Source of the DNA: a virus
Taxonomy: Duplodnaviria; Caudoviricetes
Length of the DNA: 63,006 nt
Virus record (IMG/VR): IMGVR_UViG_3300037840_000064
Coordinates: 1-63,006 of that record
Direction: 5' to 3' (one strand)
In this document: piece after piece, positions 10,031 to 19,922 of the stretch
Layout: the number at the start of each line of letters is the position of its first letter
Position numbering within the stretch: the stretch's first letter is position 1
The notes under the pieces: generated by a model
Told to the model about the DNA's origin: nothing
Seen by the model: only the letters and a program-made list of their open reading frames with translations
Databases searched by the model: none
Made by a program: the position numbers and the translations under genes

Positions 10031-12708
10031 TGGCTCATCGGCACGGTTGGCATCGCAGGCGCGGGCGGCTTGCGTGTTGCCCAGCCCTTAGCAATCGCGG
10101 TCGCATCGGCGGTCGCCTTATCGACGTTGCCGGCACGATACGCCGTAACCAAATCGGCAAGCGATTTGACTTTGGTCACGTCGAAGGTTTCCGGCGACGC
10201 TTGTTCGTGAATCGTGTCGGCATACCACTGATCCATCGGTCGGCGGAATCCAGCGATGGCTTTGCCGAGATAATCGGGACTGTCGGGATTAAATAATGTC
10301 GGTGCCGACTTCCCCTCTTTCCGCGCGGCATCATACATCGGCAACACTTGCGCCAGAAACTTCAAATAAAGTTCATCGCCCTTCGGGTCTTTGATGTGCA
10401 GCCCTTCGTCCGTCCCCGTGATCTGCGCTCGCGCGTTCTTCAAAAACTGCGCCTTCATTTCGGATTCGGCGACGCCTTCGGGGGATTTGCGCGCTTGGAT
10501 TTCGGTATTCAGCTTATCGACGCCGGAAACGGTCAAATCGCCTTGCGCGGGAGGCGCGTTATATGCCTGTACGTCGCGCTCCATATAGGAATGCAAGACG
10601 TTGTATCGTTTTTCAGCCTCATCTTCGCTCGCATAGGATGGCCACTTATCCCAACCCACACCTTGAGCGCGTTTGATTGCCTCTTGCGGAGGAATAATTT
10701 TACCGTCCCACACGGTCGGAATGCTGTAAAAACGCCCGTCATGTTCGACAGATGCCTGGAACAGAGTCGATATGCTACCGTCGGCGTTTCGGACTTTCCC
10801 TGGACCAGCAAGATTATCTAGATGTCGTTGGTAGAGATTGCTTTCTTGCGGCGTCAGCGCAAGGTCGCGTTGTGCATCACTCAGAAAATTCTTCGGCGGC
10901 TGCGGTCCTACGTGGCCATACAATTGAGACGAATCCGTTATGCGATTCGGGTCGCCTTCGGGCAGATGAATGCGGCGGTACATATCGTAGAATCCCGCGC
11001 CGTAAGTTCGTTCCGTTTTCTCAGTCCCCGTCGCTTTTTCCAACTGTTCCGTCATCCTTACCTTGGCATCCTTGGTCATCGGCAATGCGTCGATCTGCGC
11101 CAAGGTCATCGTCGGCTTGTCGGAATGGATGTCCATAAACACTTTCCATTCGGTCGCGTCGGATGTGTCCTTGGCCTGCTTCGCCGCGAGCGTATCGGCG
11201 CGCGAGGCAATCGCGAGCTTCGACATGGTATCCTGCAACACCGCCTTACGCAGTTCGGGACGGTTGGCAAGCAGCGGATCGGTCGCAATCTTCCTTTCCA
11301 CATCCGCAGGATCGGGCGTTGCGCCCGCCTCCCCAGAATTGATCGCGATGTTCTTGGCAAAGCGATTCGCAAACGAAACCGTTTGTGCGTTCGGTTGAAG
11401 GCCACCCGGTAGCGAAGTCCATTCGTTGCTCAAGGCATGACCGACAGCCGATAAAAATCCAGGATTATTTTTGTTCGCCGCAAGATCGTTGTCGAGATTG
11501 CCGGTAAGATTATTGAAGCCCTTGAACGCCGCGCCGTTGAAACTTTTACCGTAGAGTTCGGACGCCTTCCGCGCCGCCCACTGATCCTGCGATTCGGCGG
11601 TAATATCCGTCAGCCCAAATCGGTCCTTGTCGGCATCCCATGTCGTCTTTGTGATCTGATAGCGACCGAACGCCGACGTAGGACCATACTGTGCCGGGAA
11701 CATCACGCGCGGATGATCGGAATAATCAAATCCCGGCCGAACCGACTGAATCGAACCGCCGCCGTACAGTGTATCGTAACCGCCGCCGGGCGTTTCGCTG
11801 CCGTGAATCGTATCCAAAAGCCCGCGCATTTCCGGGGAAAGGCTACTATCGACCGTGCGCCCCTGCGGCGCCGCGTAGTAGTCCCCGAGCCTCCCGACCG
11901 TGCGATTGAACGCGGCAGTCTTGACGTACTTATCTAGAGTCAACCGGGATGCCGGATCAATGTCCTTGCTGTATCGCTCGAAGATTTGCAGCCCATGCGT
12001 CAAGGCATCGGGGTCTTTGGTGTTTGTAACTGCGGTCTCCACCCAGTTCTTGACCGCGCTACCACGATACTTCGAGACCTCGACATCCAAGGTCTGCGGA
12101 TCGTAGCCCATCGGATCGAAATAGTTGTGAGCCTCCTTGCCGATGACATCGAATTGCTGATCGAGCTTGTTGAAATCTCCGGTTTGAATCGCGAGACCAC
12201 CGATATTCGACGCTGAGACAATATTATCGGCCGCCGTCTTGGTCGCCCACGCGGTATGCTGCGCATCGGCATGGTGCGTAGCAGCCCCGACAAGCCAATC
12301 CATCGTCCGGCGCGTATTGCCAGCGACAAGGGCTTTCGTCGGCAGATTCCCCGCCTGGGATTCGGCTGATGTTTGTAGATCGGCAATGTTCTTTTTCAGG
12401 TCCGGCAGAGCCAGTAATGCCGCGCGCCCCTGTAACTCGGAGTGCTTGGAGACCAGATCGCCGGCTTGATCGGAAAACCACGAATGCAATTCGCTGGCGT
12501 GAATCTGATTGTTGTATTCGTTCTGTTGGGTGAGATAGGACAGTCCGGCGTCCGCGCCCTTAACCAATCCTTCGCCCGTCTGCTTCAGCGCCTCGGCGCC
12601 GAATGCGCCAAATGACGCAGGCGACGACGGAATGCGCTCGTAATCGTCGGACGGGGCGCCCGAGGGATTTATCTCAGGAAAATCCACATTTAAAATGTGA
12701 CCGGCCAT
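10027..12708 (-). CDS. Internal virion/ejection protein with lambda-lysozyme-like muramidase domain
   Basis: LLDTIHGSE..YDTLYGG..DHPR..TSAFGRYQITKTTW..SQD..EWTSLPG matches lambda R-type lytic transglycosylase motifs. Confidence 0.85.
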   Translation of the reverse strand: MAGHILNVDFPEINPSGAPSDDYERIPSSPASFGAFGAEALKQTGEGLVKGADAGLSYLTQQNEYNNQIHASELHSWFSDQAGDLVSKHSELQGRAALLALPDLKKNIADLQTSAESQAGNLPTKALVAGNTRRTMDWLVGAATHHADAQHTAWATKTAADNIVSASNIGGLAIQTGDFNKLDQQFDVIGKEAHNYFDPMGYDPQTLDVEVSKYRGSAVKNWVETAVTNTKDPDALTHGLQIFERYSKDIDPASRLTLDKYVKTAAFNRTVGRLGDYYAAPQGRTVDSSLSPEMRGLLDTIHGSETPGGGYDTLYGGGSIQSVRPGFDYSDHPRVMFPAQYGPTSAFGRYQITKTTWDADKDRFGLTDITAESQDQWAARKASELYGKSFNGAAFKGFNNLTGNLDNDLAANKNNPGFLSAVGHALSNEWTSLPGGLQPNAQTVSFANRFAKNIAINSGEAGATPDPADVERKIATDPLLANRPELRKAVLQDTMSKLAIASRADTLAAKQAKDTSDATEWKVFMDIHSDKPTMTLAQIDALPMTKDAKVRMTEQLEKATGTEKTERTYGAGFYDMYRRIHLPEGDPNRITDSSQLYGHVGPQPPKNFLSDAQRDLALTPQESNLYQRHLDNLAGPGKVRNADGSISTLFQASVEHDGRFYSIPTVWDGKIIPPQEAIKRAQGVGWDKWPSYASEDEAEKRYNVLHSYMERDVQAYNAPPAQGDLTVSGVDKLNTEIQARKSPEGVAESEMKAQFLKNARAQITGTDEGLHIKDPKGDELYLKFLAQVLPMYDAARKEGKSAPTLFNPDSPDYLGKAIAGFRRPMDQWYADTIHEQASPETFDVTKVKSLADLVTAYRAGNVDKATADATAIAKGWATRKPPAPAMPTVPMSQ

Positions 12709-12714
12709 GATCGA

Positions 12715-13239
12715 TCAAGCCGTGCTTGCATATTTTGCGTAAGACCCGCCGACACTCGATGCCGAGCTTAGGAAACTCCCCAGCGCCGACCACGGCGCCG
12801 CGCTGCTCGCCTGGCTCGATTCCGATTGCAGCAATTCCGATTCCGCCGTGTCGCCGGTTGCAGCGACCGTATCGGCGTAAGCCTTCTTTGCCGCGTTGGA
12901 ACGGATGGTCAAAGCATCGAGCATCCCGAGTTCGCTTTCGGCCGCGCGCACCTTCGGGGCGGACCCCTTATTGACATCGATACCGGAAGCGCCTTGGCTC
13001 GCCAGCGTCGATCCGACCGCGGCGCGGGTCTTGAGTCCCTGATTCACCGCTCCAATCTCGCCGGACTGCGTATCCATCGCGGCATTGCTCAACGCAATCT
13101 TGGCGTTGTTCGCCGCAACTTGAGCCTGATAGGACGCATTCTTGGATGAAGCCTCCATCGAGCTATAGGAGCCGACTGCGTTAAGACCCGCACCGGCAAG
13201 TCCCGCAGCCAATGAAATCGGAAGGATTGCCGCGCCCAT
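12715..13239 (-). CDS. Small internal virion (ejection) protein
   Basis: Ala/Gly/Ser-rich with hydrophobic ends and GASGIDVNKGS motif; canonical position. Confidence 0.7.
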   Translation of the reverse strand: MGAAILPISLAAGLAGAGLNAVGSYSSMEASSKNASYQAQVAANNAKIALSNAAMDTQSGEIGAVNQGLKTRAAVGSTLASQGASGIDVNKGSAPKVRAAESELGMLDALTIRSNAAKKAYADTVAATGDTAESELLQSESSQASSAAPWSALGSFLSSASSVGGSYAKYASTA

Positions 13240-13244
13240 TTAAG

Positions 13245-13301
13245 CCCCTATGGCCGTATGAATCTCTCGGAACGGTTGAGAGATTAGGTAGCCAAGCTAA
13301 C
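13245..13301 (-). repeat. Solo copy of the 57-bp cassette-end repeat (upstream-type end)
   Basis: Minus strand GTTAGCTTGGCTACC...TACGGCCATAGGGG, same length and conserved blocks as six other copies. Confidence 0.85.
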
Positions 13302-13309
13302 CAAACATT

Positions 13310-13867
13310 CTAAGCATCGAAGCCAACATGAAACCTACAATACAGCGCACCGTTAAGTCCCACAGGCTCGGCTTTTTCCACAGCAAAGCCGAGAATCCGA
13401 AGAAACTTGATCGCCTGCGCATAGTCGGCAGCCACGAACGACTCAAGTCGCGGTCTTAACTTCCTCATGGCTGCCAACTCTGCTTTCGCTACCCTGACAA
13501 ACGAGAACGGCACAGACTCGATAGCAGCCGATGTATGCAACCACGGCACGCCAAGATCGGACAAAGGACTCACACCAGCGCGCAATCCTATTCCCAATCC
13601 CCAAATCGCCGCAACCTTGTCAGCCACCAACGCCGTCTTGCACATGATCGAATTACGATACGCCCGCCACAGTGCTTTCTTGACGCCAAATCCGAGATTG
13701 AGAATTTCCAATCGGTCCTGTTCGCGCAAGGACTCCGCGAGCGCATAGATGTGCGCGATCTCGGTCGGCTGGATAGTGTACGCTCTCGGCACGGATTGAT
13801 CGTCAAACGGTATCGCGCGGTGACCGTAGCCGTTCATCCCTATGGCCTGGTCACGCATTGGGGACAT
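13310..13867 (-). CDS. T7 gp13-like / GNAT-fold virion assembly protein
   Basis: LREQDRLEI..GVPWLHTS..AIKFLRILGF pattern; located after the nozzle gene. Confidence 0.7.
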   Translation of the reverse strand: MSPMRDQAIGMNGYGHRAIPFDDQSVPRAYTIQPTEIAHIYALAESLREQDRLEILNLGFGVKKALWRAYRNSIMCKTALVADKVAAIWGLGIGLRAGVSPLSDLGVPWLHTSAAIESVPFSFVRVAKAELAAMRKLRPRLESFVAADYAQAIKFLRILGFAVEKAEPVGLNGALYCRFHVGFDA

Positions 13868-16800
13868 CGCCTAATTCGAGTTCCGGGATGAACGCAAGGA
13901 TTTCAGCCGGGAGAGGCAGCAATTGCTGCACCGCGACCATACCCGGCGACGCCTGACGATCCGGGGTGGCAGTGGAATAATCGCCCGCGATCACTTCGTA
14001 TCGATCACCTGAGAACAATGGCACGGCGTTGCCCGCGCCCGCAAGCGCATTCGCTTCCGTGAGTTGCGTCATTAAATTCGGCGCCTGATTCCAGGGTATC
14101 TCGATCTGATTCTGTTGCTGCGCCGCAATCGGCTGATCCTGCCCGATCATGATGCCGCGCGTATTCGCCATCCGCACGGTCACACCCTGAATCCTCTTTC
14201 TCTTGCCCTGGATCGTTTCGCCCGGCATGTCGGCGTGCATCGATTGCGCCTGTGCGATGAACGGCAAGCCAATGAGAACCTGACTGGCGGGATTCGGCAG
14301 GGTCACCGAGCCATTGACCACCACAAGCCCCACGACCGGCGTCCCGTCGCAAAGGGCATTGACCGTCATCCCCTCCAAATGCTCCAAGCCCGATATGGAA
14401 CTCACAGGCTGCGTCAAGGTCCACGATCCCGCAACCGCCGGAACCGGCATATTGTTCGGATCGTTCGCAATCGTGGTCGCAATGGCTGCCTGCGGCGCCA
14501 CCTGTGCGGTTATCAGAGTCGGGGAGACGTAGAGCACGGACGTTCCAATTCCGCCTCCCACGCGCAACACAGCCCCGTTATTGCCCGATGAGAACACGGC
14601 GCCATCCGCCGTGAAGGTCACCGTATTATCGACCACAAGGGAGATATTGACCCCGGAGCCCGTCGCGTCCGTGACGATGATTCGCGGCAGCTTGTAATTG
14701 ACGCCAGGAGTGATGGTAAGGCCGGTTATGACGCCAGCAACAACGGTAAAGCCCGTCACCATCGCACCCGAACCCGTACCGGCGTCATCAACAATCTGCC
14801 CGGCCGGCGTCGCCGAATATCCACTCCCGCCGAGAATGATTGCGCCGAGCTGCACACCGCCGGCGCCATGCGCCGCGGACGCGACAAGGTTTGCATTCGG
14901 GGCCGGCTGCGGCAGCGACAAGGCGCTGTCGAGACAATAGGATTGCTCGACGTTTTGCCACAAGCGATTGTCCATGCGCTCCTGCATGTACATCCACTGG
15001 CCTCTGCCCGTCACGTACCGCTTGACGATGAAATAAGCCGCGTTCACGGGAGGCTCGGACGCAACAGCGACGGAAGCAACCAAACCGCAAGTATCGTGTC
15101 GCGCCCATCCACGCATTTCCTGTTCGGCGATATAGGTCAGAGAGAGCATCTTGCCGTCGTTACGCACGGCCCAGATCAGCCGGTACGGACTGAACGCGAG
15201 CGCCCATTGCACGAGATTCGTGTTCTGGAAAAGCTGACTGGACAAGAGCGTGATGTCCTGCCCCGTGTAGATATTGAAATAGAAATTGTAGTTGATCTCA
15301 TTCACAAACCCGTTGAGAGAATCGACGTAGAGCAGATTGTTTCGGATTCGTATCGGAGCAATCGTCGGCGACGATCCGATGCCTTCCTGCGCTTGCGCGT
15401 TCTGTTGCGATGGCGTGATAGGAGACCCCGCGCCAGCCGTTCCAGAGACTTGCCAGGTTGTGCCGCCCGTGAATGTAACCAAACCGCCCGGCATGGGCCG
15501 CATCCACTGAATACCGTCGATCTGTTCACCCCACGGCGTTCCCGTGATCGAATCGGAATCGATGGGAGGATCGGCAGAATCGAAATTAAGATACGATCCG
15601 GGTTGCGACATTTCGTAGGTATCGGGCGCCGTCAACGAATAGGCGTAAGTGCGCCGTTGCTGAAAATAAGCCGCGACTCCGGGGAAGGTCCCGGACTGAG
15701 GACCGACCGAGAGCGTTCCCGTCGCTCCCGCCCCGCTTCCACTGTCGGCAAAGACCGGCAGATCGGTTGGCAGATAACCCTGGCCTGGATTTTCTATATA
15801 GGTGCCAATCCAACCGCCGCTGCCCGTGAACGTTATGGAAGCAACATTGGTTGGGTATTCGCTATTGGTGCCATCCGTCACGGGACCGCCAGGGCTGCCG
15901 CCGCCCGATCCCGCGGATTGAATGAATTGCGTGCTACCAAATAATTGAACGTTTATAGTTGTAGAATTCGACGCAACGACAAGCCCCTGTGCCGTCGCGG
16001 TTCCTATTTGCTGCGTGACTGTTTCCCCATTCGAGAATGGGTTGCTCGCAAACGTAATTTGCTGGCCCGTGAGCGCAGCGCCGATAATCGGGACGCCCAC
16101 GAACCCTTTGCCCGTCGCGCTATTGATCGTAATGCTGGCAGTTGCCGCCGTATAGTTGGCCCCGATATTGGTCATCGGTATGTCGAGAATCTGTCCGGCA
16201 GCAAATGGATTCGTATGCAACGGCGGTGTGGTGGCGAAGTCGGCAATGATGTTGGTGTCCTGCCAACTTGTCGTGCGCGACGAACCGACATAACCGAACA
16301 ATTGCCCGGCAAAATTGCCGACATTGGTATAATCGGGCGCGGCCCGATAGATTTTATATTCCGACGCCCCCGGAACCGACGGCCAGCTTACCGTGTTGGT
16401 GCCAAACTGCCCGGCAATATCGACAACGGTTCCGACAACGCCTATGGTTGACGGTTGGCTTTCGTCTCCTGTCGCGCTGTCGATGGCCGTCACCACATAG
16501 CCATAAGCCGCCGGTCCCGGCCCGGTCGAATACGCCGTACCGACCACCGTACAGCTTCCCGGCGCCGCAATAGCTGACGCAAAAGACGGCTGTCCTATCG
16601 TCCAGTTGTTTGCAGCAAGTCTCGCCAATTCCTGCGGCGGATATTCGGTCTGCGTCGCCTGATTAACGAGAGTGAGCGACATTGTGTCGGCGCTTTGAAC
16701 GAATTTCAGATAGGGCAGATCGGCGGCGTGATAGGGAGTGACCAGCGTGTAAATGCGCGCTGCCGTGCCGCCTGCGGTAAAAGCGCCATAGGCTGTCGAA

Positions 16801-17303
16801 TTAACCGGAGTACCAAACACGTCCTGAATCGTGACGTTATTTCCGGCCACATTGCGCACGACCACAGTCCGCGCATTAAGCTGTGTCATTCCGCCGAGAC
16901 CAATCAGAAAAATCCAATCCCCCACGACATAATTGTGTCCTGGAATCGTGAGCACACAGGGATTGGCTTGCGACGCGCCAGTGATCACAAAAGCGGCCTC
17001 GGTGACATAGCCGCCGTTGGCGACCACGCGCATATATTGTTCGCCAAATTCCAGGATGTACGACTGAAAAATATTGAATGTGAATTGGATATTGCGCGGC
17101 GGATAGGAACTGGCGGAAGCCGCCTGTTTGCAGAATCCGACGAACGCAAGGCCGCCGCGACTCAGCAAGCCTCCTTTATAAGAGACAAAGAAATTTCGGG
17201 CGACCGAACAGGCTTTGTGCCAGCCCGCGAGGTCCAACCTTCCGTAGAGCGATGGCGAGACTTCGCCGCTGGAAAATGACGATTGGATGATCGGCGTGGC
17301 CAT
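13851..17303 (-). CDS. Tail nozzle (tail tubular protein B, T7 gp12-like) with inserted domains
   Basis: SFSSGEVSPSLYGRLDL start, FPGVAAYFQQR, GWARHDT and GLEHLEG motifs. Confidence 0.9.
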   Translation of the reverse strand: MATPIIQSSFSSGEVSPSLYGRLDLAGWHKACSVARNFFVSYKGGLLSRGGLAFVGFCKQAASASSYPPRNIQFTFNIFQSYILEFGEQYMRVVANGGYVTEAAFVITGASQANPCVLTIPGHNYVVGDWIFLIGLGGMTQLNARTVVVRNVAGNNVTIQDVFGTPVNSTAYGAFTAGGTAARIYTLVTPYHAADLPYLKFVQSADTMSLTLVNQATQTEYPPQELARLAANNWTIGQPSFASAIAAPGSCTVVGTAYSTGPGPAAYGYVVTAIDSATGDESQPSTIGVVGTVVDIAGQFGTNTVSWPSVPGASEYKIYRAAPDYTNVGNFAGQLFGYVGSSRTTSWQDTNIIADFATTPPLHTNPFAAGQILDIPMTNIGANYTAATASITINSATGKGFVGVPIIGAALTGQQITFASNPFSNGETVTQQIGTATAQGLVVASNSTTINVQLFGSTQFIQSAGSGGGSPGGPVTDGTNSEYPTNVASITFTGSGGWIGTYIENPGQGYLPTDLPVFADSGSGAGATGTLSVGPQSGTFPGVAAYFQQRRTYAYSLTAPDTYEMSQPGSYLNFDSADPPIDSDSITGTPWGEQIDGIQWMRPMPGGLVTFTGGTTWQVSGTAGAGSPITPSQQNAQAQEGIGSSPTIAPIRIRNNLLYVDSLNGFVNEINYNFYFNIYTGQDITLLSSQLFQNTNLVQWALAFSPYRLIWAVRNDGKMLSLTYIAEQEMRGWARHDTCGLVASVAVASEPPVNAAYFIVKRYVTGRGQWMYMQERMDNRLWQNVEQSYCLDSALSLPQPAPNANLVASAAHGAGGVQLGAIILGGSGYSATPAGQIVDDAGTGSGAMVTGFTVVAGVITGLTITPGVNYKLPRIIVTDATGSGVNISLVVDNTVTFTADGAVFSSGNNGAVLRVGGGIGTSVLYVSPTLITAQVAPQAAIATTIANDPNNMPVPAVAGSWTLTQPVSSISGLEHLEGMTVNALCDGTPVVGLVVVNGSVTLPNPASQVLIGLPFIAQAQSMHADMPGETIQGKRKRIQGVTVRMANTRGIMIGQDQPIAAQQQNQIEIPWNQAPNLMTQLTEANALAGAGNAVPLFSGDRYEVIAGDYSTATPDRQASPGMVAVQQLLPLPAEILAFIPELELGDVPNA

Positions 17304-18098
17304 TTAAACAAACGCGCCTCCGGGAAACCCCAAACTCGACCAGCCGTAATAGCACATGGCCGTATCCCAGCCGAACCCGTAGCCGGTTATTCCCCGTACC
17401 GCCATCCAATCAGGCACATGGTCGATAGATGTAATCCCCTCATTGCCATCCGAAATTCGCGCTGACTGCACAACCGATGTTGCAATCTCGATTTGCTCCT
17501 TGAGGACTTGCGCATTGCGAGCGAGAGGATTGACCAGCCATGCGCCGAGAGTCGCAATCGCCGCGTTCTGAAAATGAGCATCCCACAGATCGACATTGGT
17601 CACGCGGCACGTATAGACAATCGCTGCAAATTCCAGATCGGTCAGGATGACTTTTATCTGATTGCCCGCAGCATCGGTATCGTTTGCTACAATAAATTTG
17701 TAGCCGGGATTACCCCACGGCCACAGCGGCGTCGTCTGGACGCCAGCCGGAAACGGATTGCCGCTTCCGGTCAACGGCTGATTGCAGAGCAAATATCGCG
17801 CGAGCAAACAATCTGGCGGGTACTGATAGGCATACTGCCAGGGATAGGGAGGAATTGGCAGCGTCGTGCCGTTGGGATTTTCAGGAGTGCCTTGCGCGGC
17901 TTTGAGGACGATACCGTTTTGTTGTTTTCTTGTGAAATTCCAATGTGCTGAACGATGCAGGGCATCAATCCGAATCTGGTATTGGCGCGCAACGACTATC
18001 GCGTTCGGCGGCGGGAGCGGGGGTTGTAGTGACGTAATGGAAAATCGCGCGCCGATGTTGTCCAAACTGATGTTGGCAATATCGACATCCGAAGTCAT
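17304..18098 (-). CDS. Tail adaptor (tail tubular protein A, T7 gp11-like)
   Basis: DIANISLDNIG..HWNFTRK..WQYAYQYPPDCL..WDAHF motifs; precedes the nozzle gene. Confidence 0.85.
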   Translation of the reverse strand: MTSDVDIANISLDNIGARFSITSLQPPLPPPNAIVVARQYQIRIDALHRSAHWNFTRKQQNGIVLKAAQGTPENPNGTTLPIPPYPWQYAYQYPPDCLLARYLLCNQPLTGSGNPFPAGVQTTPLWPWGNPGYKFIVANDTDAAGNQIKVILTDLEFAAIVYTCRVTNVDLWDAHFQNAAIATLGAWLVNPLARNAQVLKEQIEIATSVVQSARISDGNEGITSIDHVPDWMAVRGITGYGFGWDTAMCYYGWSSLGFPGGAFV

Positions 18099-18133
18099 CC
18101 CCCGCCTCCCGCCGTCCAGTCATAACCGCAGCA

Positions 18134-18805
18134 TTACACCGGATTGCTCGGCTGCGGGAACGGCATCTGCCGCGGCAAATCCTGACGCGGCGGCGGCGGG
18201 TAGGTCGCATCGACCGGAGACGGCATCGGCAGGATTCCGCTATCATCTTCCCGCGCTGGATCGGCTGTGTCATCCGACGCTTCCGCTTCCGGGACAGGCT
18301 CAAGCGCCTTCTGCTCGCCTTCCTGCTTGACTTTCAGCGCCTCGGCTTCCGCCTTGTGCCGCGCTTCCAAATCTTCCTTGACGGTCTCGGCAGGCGGATT
18401 GGCGGCAGTGAGAACTTCGGCGCGCTTGTCGAAGGCGGCGACTTCGGCTTCCTGCCGATGCTGCAAGGTCTCGGCTTCGACCTTGTGCCGCGCTTCGGTT
18501 TCGGCGACCAATTGCTTGTGGCGAAGCTCGGCGGATTCCTTGGCGTGTTTCAAGGCCAATTCGCGGCGTTCCGTAGTGCCGTCCAATGCCTCGGTTTCGG
18601 CAAGGTGACGCAGGCGCATATCCTCGCGTTCTTTCTCCATTGCCTCATCGACCGGGACGTACAGCGGTTCGTCGTGAAGCACGCCGCCCACGGACACGGA
18701 ACGGTGCGGACCGCGAACGCCATCGGGCAGCGCGACCACTTCGCCGGGACCGTAGACGTGATTGCTGATCTGCGCGGAAGTGAGTAGGCGGATTCTCTGT
18801 GGCAT
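18134..18805 (-). CDS. Hypothetical protein with repeated (R/K)HxxExxxL helical units
   Basis: RHLAETEAL, KHAKESAEL, RHKVEAETL, RHKAEAEAL. Confidence 0.65.
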   Translation of the reverse strand: MPQRIRLLTSAQISNHVYGPGEVVALPDGVRGPHRSVSVGGVLHDEPLYVPVDEAMEKEREDMRLRHLAETEALDGTTERRELALKHAKESAELRHKQLVAETEARHKVEAETLQHRQEAEVAAFDKRAEVLTAANPPAETVKEDLEARHKAEAEALKVKQEGEQKALEPVPEAEASDDTADPAREDDSGILPMPSPVDATYPPPPRQDLPRQMPFPQPSNPV

Positions 18806-18862
18806 TTGATTCCTCCTGGAATCGGATTGGGATTTAGATTAACGCGGGGCGCTTCCTTTGGT

Positions 18863-19258
18863 TCACGCGGCCTTGGTCTCGCCCGAGCCATAGAAGCGGG
18901 AGCGGCGCGCTTCCTGCTCGCCTTCGTCGTCCTCGTTCTCGGTGGCCAAGTGAGTGAACTGCAATTCGATCCGGCGGCATTTCTGTTTGCTGCCGTCGCT
19001 CATTTCACGCTCGTTCTCAGAAGCGGATGTGACCTTGGCCATGCCTGCGATATGGAGCATATCCCCAACTGACGGCAGTTCGCCGTCAAGGCCGAGCTTT
19101 TCAAGCTGCTCATCTTCGAGGCTGATACAGAGGCCGTAAGGATAGACCGGCACTGACGGCTTGGCATCCGCCGGCATCGGCTCCGCCGTCTGTGCCGTTT
19201 CCTTTTTCACTTCATCGATATCCTTGGCCATATCGATCATCGCACTGAAACGAGCCAT
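18863..19258 (-). CDS. Capsid staple protein (epsilon15 gp10-like)
   Basis: YPYGLCISLEDEQLEKLGL..PSVGD..AKVTSASE..IELQFTHL pattern. Confidence 0.7.
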   Translation of the reverse strand: MARFSAMIDMAKDIDEVKKETAQTAEPMPADAKPSVPVYPYGLCISLEDEQLEKLGLDGELPSVGDMLHIAGMAKVTSASENEREMSDGSKQKCRRIELQFTHLATENEDDEGEQEARRSRFYGSGETKAA

Positions 19259-19274
19259 CTGATCTTCCTTTCCG

Positions 19275-19406
19275 AATAAGTGGCGGCTTCGCCCGATTAA
19301 GCGTTCGTCATGACCGAGGCTTGCGCCTCACCTGATTTCAGCGCCGACATCGGGCGCGTGTGTGTCCTGCGGGCCGCCGGCCGAACAGGGAGGAACTGAA
19401 ATCAGG
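19275..19406 (-). ncRNA. Candidate structured RNA in the late operon
   Basis: 11-bp perfect stem 19331-19341/19396-19406 enclosing two hairpins, plus a GAGGC-GCAA-GCCTC tetraloop hairpin on the transcribed strand. Confidence 0.4.
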
Positions 19407-19413
19407 CTGGATT

Positions 19414-19698
19414 TCATGCTGCTGCGGCTCCTGCGGCCGGGGCTGCGGCTGCCGCCGCTGCGGGTGGTCCTGCTGGTGCTGCGGCAGCGGGTGGGGCCTG
19501 TGCGGCACCTTGGTTCTCCATCGCCGCCTCCTGAGACTGCCGTTCGGCCATCTGGCCAATCTCGTCCTCGTGCTGCTTGTGCAGTGCATCGCGCATCTTC
19601 GAGTGGCGCGTGTGCATTTCCTTGCGCTCGCGGGAATGGCGCTCGTGAGTCCCTTCCCCGCCACCACCCTCTTTGCCGTACCATTTGCGTTCGGCCAT
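19414..19698 (-). CDS. Small His-rich hypothetical virion protein
   Basis: 94-aa ORF, N-terminal RKWYG, Ala-rich tail. Confidence 0.65.
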   Translation of the reverse strand: MAERKWYGKEGGGGEGTHERHSRERKEMHTRHSKMRDALHKQHEDEIGQMAERQSQEAAMENQGAAQAPPAAAAPAGPPAAAAAAAPAAGAAAA

Positions 19699-19707
19699 TT
19701 TCTTCTC

Positions 19708-19920
19708 CTATGATCGGACTGAATAAGTTTTACCGCGCAATCGCTTTTCAACTTCCACTGCCTGCGCTGCAGCAGCTTCTTCGGTTAGATCGCCGCCGTT
19801 CAAAACAATAAACGGAGGATTCGCAAGCAGTTGAAGCGTCTGTGTAATCAAGTGAAGTGAATCGCGGATTGCCGCGAAGGCTTCGACAATATCGGCATCT
19901 GATAATTGCCGTTCGGCCAT
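19708..19920 (-). CDS. Hypothetical protein
   Basis: 70-aa ORF; start region duplicated as a 15-bp direct repeat (19688-19702 and 19910-19924). Confidence 0.55.
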   Translation of the reverse strand: MAERQLSDADIVEAFAAIRDSLHLITQTLQLLANPPFIVLNGGDLTEEAAAAQAVEVEKRLRGKTYSVRS

Positions 19921-19922
19921 TT

